A DNA stretch of 64,000 bases, from the IMG/VR virus record IMGVR_UViG_3300023174_000038, positions 62,001 to 126,000 of that record. The stretch is one strand, 5' to 3'. The notes beneath the pieces are model-generated. The model worked only from the letters and a program-made list of their open reading frames with translations, was not told the origin of the DNA and did not search any database. A program made the position numbers and the translations under genes. Below, in pieces: positions 1 to 12,000 of the stretch. The first letter of the stretch is position 1. Each line of letters starts with the position of its first letter.

Positions 1-3000
1 GTAGATGTTACATCAGTTTGCACTACACCGTTGTCCACAACATAATATGTTGTACCACCAATTAAAGTACTATAATTAGTAGGGACTGTGATTGGCATAT
101 TATTGTAAATATTATTCAATCCGCCACTAGCTGACGTTATGCTTAAATAATCGCCTGCTGCCAATGCATTATCTATTTCACGTTCTACTAGGTTACCATC
201 AGTACCAGTTAGTCCAATATATGTTGACGTAGAACTTGTTGGATAGAATGTAAATTGTTGTCCAGTTATTTGTCCTGGGCTAACAGGTAAACCAACATTA
301 CAAGTCATTGTTCCTGTTGCAGTAGTTAATTTAACGGTGTTTGTTTGATCCGTTGCCATACAAGTGCCAGTGGCATCAGCTAATGCAAATGTTCCACCAT
401 TAATTACAGTAGAGATTTGAAAATTATTACTATTAATTACGTTACTTACATAATAAGTAGTTCCTTGAACTATGTTACCAAATGTTAACACAGACGAACC
501 ACTGATAGACATATTATTAAATATTATTGGATCATTAACAGATAAGCCCAATGTTCCTTCACATGTAATATAATCGGTGCTAGCAGTAGTGTTAGTAACA
601 TTAATAATTAATGGATCTTCGGTCGTAGATATAGTAAAGTTTTCATCATCTATTACCGTTGTAACATAATATCTTTCATTTTCAATGATGCCGCCAAATA
701 CATTACCAGTAAAGAATACCGGTAAGTTAGTATAAAATCCACTTGTTCCGCCTAAGTTACCGGCTGTTAAAGGACTAGTTATTGTATTAATTGTACCAGT
801 AGTATTTGTAACATTTAGTATGCCGGAATAGAATAATGTAACTACGGCTGTATTGGTAACTTCACCTACATATAATAGTAGACCGGCTGAGCTAATAGTA
901 GCATCACCTAAAGCAAACGTCCCGCCACCTACAGTAGTTGATATAGTAATATCAGTATCATTTAAAATTTCTTTTATATAATATATAGTGTTGTTAACTA
1001 TATTACTTGCTCCAACCGCACCTTGAAACTTGATTGGCATATTAACATAGAAACCAACTGTTGCACCAACAGTTCCCTGATCAGGTGCACCGCCTATTGA
1101 TGGTTGAATTGTAATTATATCTGTAGCTGCTACGGTTGATATAACATTTCTTGTACGTGAACTCCAAGACAAGATTTGGTCATTAGTAACACCTTCTATT
1201 TCAAATACTGCACCTGCCGCACTGGCTAAGATAGTGTCAATATTGGGTTGTGTTGATTCTAAACTAATACTTGAACTAGATATTCTTACTGAATTATTGT
1301 ATAATCCTGCATAAAAACTGCCATAGAATTGACCAGCTTGCCAATCTATCAATTGTGAATTGTATGTTGTTCTATCAAATCTTAAAGCAATTTGATTTTC
1401 TCTTATAGGAATTGATGTTGAAACACAGCTTGCTTTTGCGCTAAGGTTTAATATATTATTATCACCTAAGCCTGTACTAAAAAACACAACACGGTCAACA
1501 TCATTAATAGCATCTCTGTAAGTGGTGTACAATCCTACGTTAAATGCAGGAGTAGATTCTAATACGTTTACATAATAATATTGGTCAACATCTAGTCCAC
1601 CAACGGCAGTTGTATTTGCACCTATAGTATATTTTATCAAATCGCCAGTTTGTAACAATGGTGAAGGTAACGTTATTGTATTTGATAACATATCAACATT
1701 ATCAGCAGTAAATGTTATTGATATAGAAGGATCTATTATAATTTCAGGTAATACAGCATAGCCATCACCCGAATCAATTACATCCACACGTAATATTGAA
1801 TCCAAATTCATCACAGCTTGTAATACTGCCGCACGTCTTGGTTCTGGATATATTGTAGTATCAATATATGCAGTTACTCTAGGAGGATTTGTGTACCCAC
1901 GTCCACCGTTTAACATTAATATAGCCGGTAAATCAATTGTAATAATTTCCCCAGGAATATGTACAGTTATAGGAGTACCATCAACACCACGAGTTAATCC
2001 ACTTATTGTATTGTTTGCTCGGTCAACATAAGAATAACCAATCAACTCATCACCAATTAATATGGTTCCGTTGATCGGGAATCCATAAGCATTGTCTACT
2101 GCAAATGCTCCTGAGTTCAATGAAATATAAGATGCTAACACAGTAATTTGATAATCATTAACACCTGTAATAGCTAAACCATAATTATTAAACCATTCAA
2201 CATAAGGAGCAGTTTGCCATATAGGATCACTTGGTAAATATTGATTTACTGCACTTGGATTACTATATACTAATTCAGGAGTTATAAACTGCTGAACATC
2301 TGTATTATATTGTGAAGGTAAATCAAAATCAGTTATAGTTCCTGCATATAATTCAGAACCTGTATACTTAAATAAGAACTCTTTAATTACCACGTGATAA
2401 GGTTTTACTTCATTAATATAACCAGCTAAGAAATCTTGATTATCAGATTGAAATACTTCTAAAGGTAATAATTCACGTATAGTATGTCCAACGTCAATGA
2501 ATGATGTTTTATTCAACCATGGCAAATAATTTTGTGATTCAATTGTTTCGCTTTGAATATATTCAAATAATAATACCAAACTTTTATTTCTATAAATTAA
2601 TAATTCATCATTATAAATTTCTTCATTTAATGCTCTAACTATACTACGGGTTTCTTGTGATGGATATGTATCATAAGGTGTAGTATCATAAAAATTATCA
2701 CCAAATCCTAATCTAGCCGCTGAATAATCCCATAAATCACTACTAAACTCAATGGTACCATCTTGTAATCCAATACGTTCCCATGCATTTAAATTAGTAT
2801 AAACATAAGTTTCTGATTTACCATTACCATTTGCATTAACGGTAACAATTAAACCGGGTGTGGCATTTATTGTTGCTAGGTCAGCATATATAGGTACTTG
2901 TAATGCCGATTTAGTATTATCATCATAACCGGTTGCCCACCAATTAATATAATACCAATAATCTGTAGTGGCATAGAATGGTATAATTGGTCCGGTCCAA

Positions 3001-6000
3001 GGATTGACACTATAATATGGACTTGTAGGATCTGTATTATATACAGGGTCAGTTGAACGATTTATTACACCTTCAGTATATAAGAACAATGACCTACGTG
3101 TTTCGCTTATAGGATATTGTGCTAATACTGTATTAGCATATGTTAAATAATTTTTCAATGCAAGGAATCTATTAACAAAGAAACTTTGTCTTGGTCTTGC
3201 ATATATACCATATTGTACTGGTTTTGGTAAGTATGGGTCAGGTACAACCGCGCCTGATTCATCTACTCCGCACAAACTATCAAGCATTCTATCATATAAT
3301 GATTCAGGTACATCTAATCCATTAGTAGTAGGTAAGCCTGGTAAGAAATCATCAGCATAGTTAGTACGAATTAAATTATATAAACTATGTGACACATCAT
3401 CATTTGTTCCAGTACTAAATCCAATATGTAATACTGTATCATTAGCATTAATGTTGTCACCGCAATTATATAAAGCAAATATATCTTGTTCTAAAGGCGC
3501 AAAGTAACTTATACCAGAATTAATAGGAGATGCAATATAAGATTGAATAATGCTATCTGCTAGTGTTTTTCCACGCTTAGTGAATATAATATTAGTATTT
3601 CTTACCCAATAGAAATATATAGGAGTTAATACACCGGTAGCATTTAGTGTATATTCTATTGCAAATCTATCAGTATTAAACGGTGTGCCTGGACCAGTAT
3701 ATGATATCGGTGGTACATTACTTGTTATCCAACTGTAAACAGTTACATCACTACCCGGGAATACTTGTCCCCACCATTTACTATTATATACAATATTATC
3801 TTGATGATAATTTACAAAACGTGTTGTACTTGTATTAAACCATAATTGTCCAACTTGGGCAGCTCCCCAAACCATATCACCTTTAACAGTACTATTATAC
3901 CCAGCTGGATCACTATTAGATACTACATCAATATTCTCTCTGACTGAACCTAATATTTTACCTTGCAATGGATCAATATAATCTAAATTATCCAATGTGT
4001 TATTAGTTAAAGCACTATACAATTGAATATTTTGAATTCTATTAATATCAACTACTGGACTTGAGTTTCTATACACACTCCAATCAGGTGTACCAGTAGA
4101 ATTAAAATATGTTACAATTTGTCCTGCAATAGTATCTGGTTTAAAATCAGGTGTACCAATAACTACATGTGATGCATTAAAATCTACTGCATGTCCATAC
4201 ATTGGTTGATTCCCGTATGTTTCATTAAGATCATTAACACTTTGTGCATATACAAAATTACCACAGTTTGATAATGATTCATTATATACTGATAGATAAT
4301 CAAACATATATACAGCTCCTGCATTTCTATATGTGTCTACCCATTGTGTTGCATTATTATCAAATAATGTGTCATTATCATAATCTTCATCATCTGTAGA
4401 ATCAAAAGTTGTTGCTTCATAACGTGTTGCAGTAGGTGCACTTACAACAAACGAATTAAATTCATTAAATTTAACTAAATTGCCAAATTGAGTTGTACCT
4501 TGTAAATGAGGGTCATTAATTACTTGTGTTTGCGTGTATGTATTAAATCCTAATTCTGCCCATGTCGCATTGTTTAATACTGTAACATTAAGTTTATCAT
4601 TAACTGATGCTAATGCATTATCTATTAAACTAATAATTAACTTACCGTCAATTGCGGTTGCTTGAACATTAGTAATATTTGATTGATTAATAGTTGCGGC
4701 ACTAGAAGTTGCATTACCCGCAGATAATACTACTATGTATCCATTAATTAATATTATTCTAGAGGTAGTAATATTACAGTCACTTGTACCAATAATCATA
4801 CCATACTTACCGCCACCATTAGTATAACGATAAACAGCACCTTCTTGGTTTATACTGTTCAATTCAAAAGGAGCACCAACTAATATCTCAGTAGCATATG
4901 TGTTTGTATCAACGCTAATACCAAATTGTACACCAATTTTGGGTGTGCTTTCAGTTGTAAGAGTTTGTGCTAATACAAAGTTATTACTACTGACATTAAT
5001 AATATCACCGGCTCTTAAACGTTGAATAATACTAAGAGTAGTTCCTATGTTATAATAATTAGAGTCGTCAATTATAGTACCATTTACACTTATATATATA
5101 GGAGTATCTTGTTGTATAGCACTCATGGTTCCAGTATCAGTATTTAATTGTACTATAGAGCCGCCTCGTTCAGTAGATATAGTAAATGTAGTTCCTGTAG
5201 GTTTAGCTAATATGTAATACACAGTATTCAATGATACTCCCCCGAAGACAGTACCTGTAAATACAATTGGGCTATTCACAATTAAACTAGAACTACTTGC
5301 ACATGTTAATCGGTCTGTAACAGAACTTGTAGAAGTAACTGTTATTGTAGTTGTTGCCGGTGTCCATGCCAATGTAAACGTTTGCGGAACATCAGCTAAA
5401 CTTGTAAATTGTGATTCAATATTTTGTACGGTTCTATCATATACATATGTGTAGCCCCAATTTTCAGTAGAGGCATTATAATTTTGATCAGGTGTACCAA
5501 TTACTACTGTATCACCATAATAATCTGTTGCGATAGAATAACCAAAATTATCAGCATTAGTTAATCCTAAATCAATAGTATTAGATAGTTCATATTCTTC
5601 CGTAACCATTGAATAACGGTAAACGTATACTAGGCTAGTAGATGAAGTTACTGCTGATATGTATAACCAATTAGAGTCGCCGGATATAGCAACGGCACTA
5701 CCCCACTCGGTTACACCAGCTGGTGTTGTTATAGCAGATTGTACTGATTGCAATTGATCCACTGTAGTGTTAACAACCAATTGATATATATAAATTGCAG
5801 GTGATACCGTAGGTTGTGATATTACAAATATATCATTAGCATATGCAATAGTTGTACCAAATGATGCAGACCCTGTTAAAGTTTGCATTAATTCATATCT
5901 ATCAAACAATACATTAAAAGAATAGCGATATACAACACCGGCATCTGCATCACCTATTAGATAACCCAAACTATCAGTATATGCTACAGCACTACCAAAT

Positions 6001-9000
6001 GTTTCTGATCCGTCTTTAACTAATTCTGAATCATATGCATAATTTAAACTTTTACGATAAACAGCCCAATCACCATCATTGTTGGTATCTACCCAAACTT
6101 TATTTTTAACAAATTCAGTATTCAATAAAGGCAAATCAATAATATCGCTAGGATTAGCAACACGTTGTGATTGGAATCTAAATCCAATACCTTGCCCAGT
6201 TATAATAGTAATTGACGGAGCTAATGTTACGTTAACCAATACACTATTGAGGTCAATTATAGTATTAACTATGTAATAACCATTCAAACTATTATTAAAA
6301 TTAACAATAGCAAATGGTTGGTATTTTGTTAATCCGTGAGGGTTATTAAATGTTATTGTTGCGGTACCGTTCAAGTTGTTTTTTGCAAACACTACTGCAC
6401 CTAAACTTACCGGTGTCATTACCTGCCAAGTACCTTGATAATCAGCTAACCAAACATATTGTCCCACATATAATTTTGATAAAGGAGTTACAAGACCACT
6501 AGGTGATGTACTATTTGCTAAGTTATAGTAATAATATGCCGCAATACGCATATCACTAAAGTTAGCATAACCGGCATCAGGGAATAATGTTGAAGGTGTA
6601 TCCACTGGTAACAATGGTAATACATCTGTACTGGTTACCGGACGCCCGTAATTATATAAACTATATAAAGGTACTTCTTGTTGTACACCATCAGTCGCTG
6701 TACCATTAGTCAACCCAACAATGCTTGGGTTACCAGTTAATAAATTTTGATTTAATTTGAAGTCAATAAAGTTACTGTTTAGTACTCCGCCAAACTCACC
6801 TGATTTAATAGCCCAATTTTCATAGATATTATAATCAATACCACCTTGTGGTAAGTTAGCACCCTTAAAAGCACTGGCTGCATTTAATGTTCCCTTATTC
6901 TTAATAAAGTTTTTATAAACATTGATTTGCGTAATATCTGTTAGGTCAGCTAGTGCTAGATAATCACGTGGACGATATCCAATTAAACTAAAACTTAATA
7001 GGTCTGCATCATTCTCTAAATTAGCACGATTTACATCATAGTAAATTGTGCTTTCATAAGAACGTGTACTGGTATTAGGTAACAAACCTTTTTGTATTTC
7101 ATTATAATCTGTTTGTTTCCACTCACGTTCTTCAAATAACTCTTTTGGTTGAATAATGGTAAGAGCAGTCCAATATTTGTTTTTATACTTAACTATACTA
7201 CCAGTTGTATATTTTACTGTCTTATTCCAATCAAGTACATTATCTTGATTTAAAATGAAGCCTTGAGCATCAACCGTACCATTCCACTCAGCAGTTTTTG
7301 CTCCACGTACTGTTATGCGGTTTTGACGTAAACCTGTAGCTAGGTTATAAATCACATCATCAAATAAGGTAACGTTATCAAATACAATACCATGTTCAAA
7401 ATTACTAATGTTAAATTGTCCATAAGCAACGGTGTCACCTTGATTTAATGGTTGTGCAGTGAATAGTGTTCCATCACGAACTATACTTAAATCTGTACTT
7501 TGTATTGGATATAAGTTTTGATTTAATACAAAGTTTTGTCTTTGTAGTGTTAAAGGTTGTACTATATAACTATCTTTGTTAATAGAAATTAAATTTGCTG
7601 CCGGATTGATGTTAACAATACTACCCGCTTCCCAACCACATTGTGCCCAGTACAAGTACTCAGCTACCATTTGTCTCCAACTGACAGTTAAACCAGATTC
7701 AATTTGTTCAAACAATACGCCTTGACTTGCCAAATATCTACCATATCCATCTAAGAATTGTGCTACTTGTTGTACTGTAATGAATTCAGTTCCGTATGCT
7801 ACAACCTCTGGTGTATCATAATAATCTCTAGCTAATTGTACGCTCAATCCTTGAACTGAAACTCTTTCATAATTGCCATTGATTTTAGGTGCTAATATTT
7901 TAAAATAAGCATTAGTTTGACTATTACCGTATACTTTATATCCAGTAGTGGTTAATTGAATAATTATACCACTATAAACAATCTTATCAAAGGGTTGATT
8001 GTCATATAATAATACTTGATAGCTTTCGTCAGGTATTAATAGGCTACTATTATTGCTATTAGCTGTTGACTTTTCAACATAAAATTTTAATAAATTCTTA
8101 TCGCTAAAGCCAGCTAGTCTATAAACTAATCTAACATCAAGGTTATATAACAAATCAGTAATATTAGTAGTAGCATCAACCCCTACTTGTTTTTCAAAGT
8201 CAACAATCCAATTGATATAACTAGTTTTAGCAACACCATTACCGTAAATTTCTATATCACTTATAACTAAATGACTACGATCATTAACTAGATATTGACC
8301 AAATTCTTCATTATATTTGTAGTTGTCAATGTCAACCCCTAGGTTAAAGAACTCTGCTGGCTTAGTCAATGCTAGTATACGCATTAGGTCAAATGGCCAT
8401 GAACTACTTCTACGATACGAGAACTCAGCTGGCCCTACATCACCTACTACCCAATCACGGTTAAATGATGTGTTGCTATAGTTACCTACTATAGAAACAA
8501 AAGGTGATACTAAATTACCTTGACTATCTACCGGTAATACCTGTAATAATTGTGGACGAATTGCATGTGTAATAACAATCGGATTGCCGTTATTCCAATC
8601 AATACCTTCTGCTAAGTCATTCCATAATACTAAGTTATCACTAGTGTATGGTGCGGGTCCATAACGTGTTTGCCACCAAGTTGGTTCGTTAGTAAAGCCC
8701 AACATTTCCCAAGGCTTAGTATCGGGGTTACTAGTGTCATAGAAATATTCATATATACCTCTCCAATAACCCTGAGGTATAACCTCATTGTTTATTCTAT
8801 TACCACTTTGGTTATAGTTGTAAGTATATTCATTTGCCGAGTTATAAAATTGAGTTTTATAACTAATTCTATTTTGACCTACCCAATCTAAAAAGCTAGT
8901 TGAATATATTTGTAATATTTCATCATAACTATAATCTGTATCTCTAAAGAAACCCGGTAATACTTCATATTCTTGTATAGGAATAACATTACTTAATTTT

Positions 9001-12000
9001 AAGTTATTATATATACGTTTTTCAAATTCAAATAATACCTGATCTCTAAAATCAATTAATACGCCGTCAATGTAATCACCATATAATTTATTATATGAAC
9101 CATCATGCCCTACAATAAAATATGTAGGTTGAAAATATGCTGTATCTAGTGTAACAGTAGGTATAGTTGAAGGATACAATCCTAATTTAGTTGGGGTATT
9201 TGGAACATAACTACCATACGTTTGATTATATTCTTTAATTGTAATTTGATCACCTGGTGCTAAATCTAATGTTACTGTTAATGAAGGGCTATCATTACTT
9301 ACTGTATAATCAACACCACTAATTAACTGAGTTATTATTCCAACTGAGTTGGTCAAATAAACTAATACTCCATTATAATTAGCTGTAGCAAAATTATATA
9401 TTTTACTTAATGGATATATACTTACGTCCAATGCATTTGCAAAACTATATGTATTGGTAATATATGCCGCTTTAGATGGCAACATATCACTCCAAAAGAA
9501 ACTACTACTATCTGTTTTTGATTTAGTAATAGTATCTAATGCATTATCTAACATAGTTGACGGGGACAACCGTTCAATAAAATCAGTAGTATTAATTGTA
9601 TCAACTAATAGAGATTTAAACGTAATATATTCTCTACTATTATACATTAACGCATTAAATAGGTTGTGATTTTGTTTACGTAGGAATGTGCCAGGTAATA
9701 CTAAACTTGCACTATTTTGTATAATCTTATTACCATATGGTACCATATTACCTAAGTCACGGTAATTGTTTGCACCAAATACGTCACCAGTAGTGTTTGG
9801 GTTATTGTAGAAACTACTTTGATATTGCCCACGTATATCACCTACATTAACAACAGTGATATCTGCATTTAACGGGTTATTATTTAAATTTACCGGTATT
9901 TCATAATATGCAGTTTCACTTACCTGATCACTTAATAATAATATTTCAACTACGGTATCTACTAATGGGTTAGGCACAGTAAAAGTTACTATAGTTTGAG
10001 TGGCAGTTGTTTCTACTGTATAATCACTTGCATATTGTATTTTATTGTTTACAAATAATTGTATAGTAGGCCATGGACTATCTGATAGTTTAGCGATATC
10101 ACATGTAAATGTTGACGTTGGGTTTGCGGCATAATAATCAAACTCAAATATTTGATACTGTATGCTAGGACCAATTGATGTTTGCCAACCTAATTGTCTA
10201 GTTGAAGTTGTTAAATCAGAATAATTATAAACATATCCAGTGTTAACTTTTTGTGTAATAGGAGTAGTACCACTTACATAATTAAAAGTAGATGAATTTA
10301 ATGATACATCAAAACTAATATCACCAACATTGTCTACGGAACTGTATAACAAAGGAAATGATAATATTGGATCATCCATTCCTGAACCTATACCGTATGC
10401 AAATAATTTGTTACCAGTAAATGATGTACCAACATATACTGTACTGTCACCAAAACTAATTCCGTTATTATCAAATACATCAAATAAAGGTGGTTGATTT
10501 AGTGTGGTTTTTTGTTGACTTTCCATCCACTCTAGACCATCAAAGTGAAAATCCATACCTTGATAGTTATAACCTCTAAATGCAACAGTTTGCTCATCAG
10601 CTAATACTAAACCATCGTCAGCCTGTGATAATGTGATTACCGGAGTATCACCGGGTACTAGCGTAGAAAATCTAACAACATATATTTTATTTCTTACTTC
10701 TAATGTAGTGTCGGCTGCAAATACAATTCGTGCTCCGTCAAATAGTGCATAACTATCATTTTGTGTATCATTAGCTATTAATGAGGCAACTGCAGTAGAC
10801 CCAATGGTTTGAGAAGTAGACCAAGCTACTGTTAATGTAAGTGTTGTAGTTCCAGAAATACTAGTAATTTGGCTATTTCTTGGTAATATGTTTGTGCTGT
10901 CATTTATATATTGACCAACTTGAAATGAACCTGTTACTGCACTACTGAGTATTGTAATAGTTGTGCTAGTTCCTGTAACGCCGTTGATAGTAGCAGTATA
11001 AGCAGTATATACTTCTACGTCAGGATAATAATTTTCTTGACCAGCTACTTGATTAGCGGCATCTGTTGTTCTAAAATCAATAAAATCAATTGGTGGTTTA
11101 CCAATAATACCTGAATCAAATAAACGTAAATTAGGATAAAATTCAATAATAGGACGTTTGGCTTTATTTTCTGGTGTTGCATAAATTGTAGCTAAAGCCG
11201 GATTGCTATTATAGGTAGCAGTAGCATTAATTACATCTATATGAAACCATCTGTTACTACGTGACCAAGCATTTTTATCAATACTATTTCTAGCAATAGT
11301 AATATAATCAGGTGTAACCGGAATATATAAATTAACATCATAGTTTCCAATATCATATGGTGTTGTGTCAAACGGTATGTATGTACCAGAAGTAAACGGT
11401 TCCGGAGCTATTAGAGTGGTTACTGGAATTAATTCTATTGCAGTACCCACACCTTCTACATAGTATCTAATATTTTCATAGCTAGTAGGATAAATGTCGC
11501 CGGTAAATATTACTTTTAATCCATTAGTAAACACTATACCATTTGGGCTAGTATAGTTAGCTTTACCAATAATATCAGTAACTACGTCAATACGATTAGT
11601 TGTGTTGCTAGATATTAATCTAATTTGGCCAACTTTATTACCTGAGGTACCGTCTTGATAATATAATGTATCAAGTATAGCACTCATATAAGGTATTAAT
11701 GATATACTATCACTAGTATTTCTATAGAATGTTCTGCCAATATATTCCGTACCAAAATTAGCAGTAATGTTTTCCTGTACAGGAATAGTACCGCTATTAA
11801 TTAATCTAATTACAGGGTCTGTTGGATCACCTTCATATGTGATTGTATAAAAAGTAGCTGATATGTCAGTATAGTATCCACCCTCATAGTTTTCAAAATT
11901 TGTACTATTCCCGGGAGGAGTGTAAGGTGAACCACCATTTTCATCATATAGGGTAGTATCATAGAACTTAGAAACATATCCAGTTAATACAATTGCAGTA

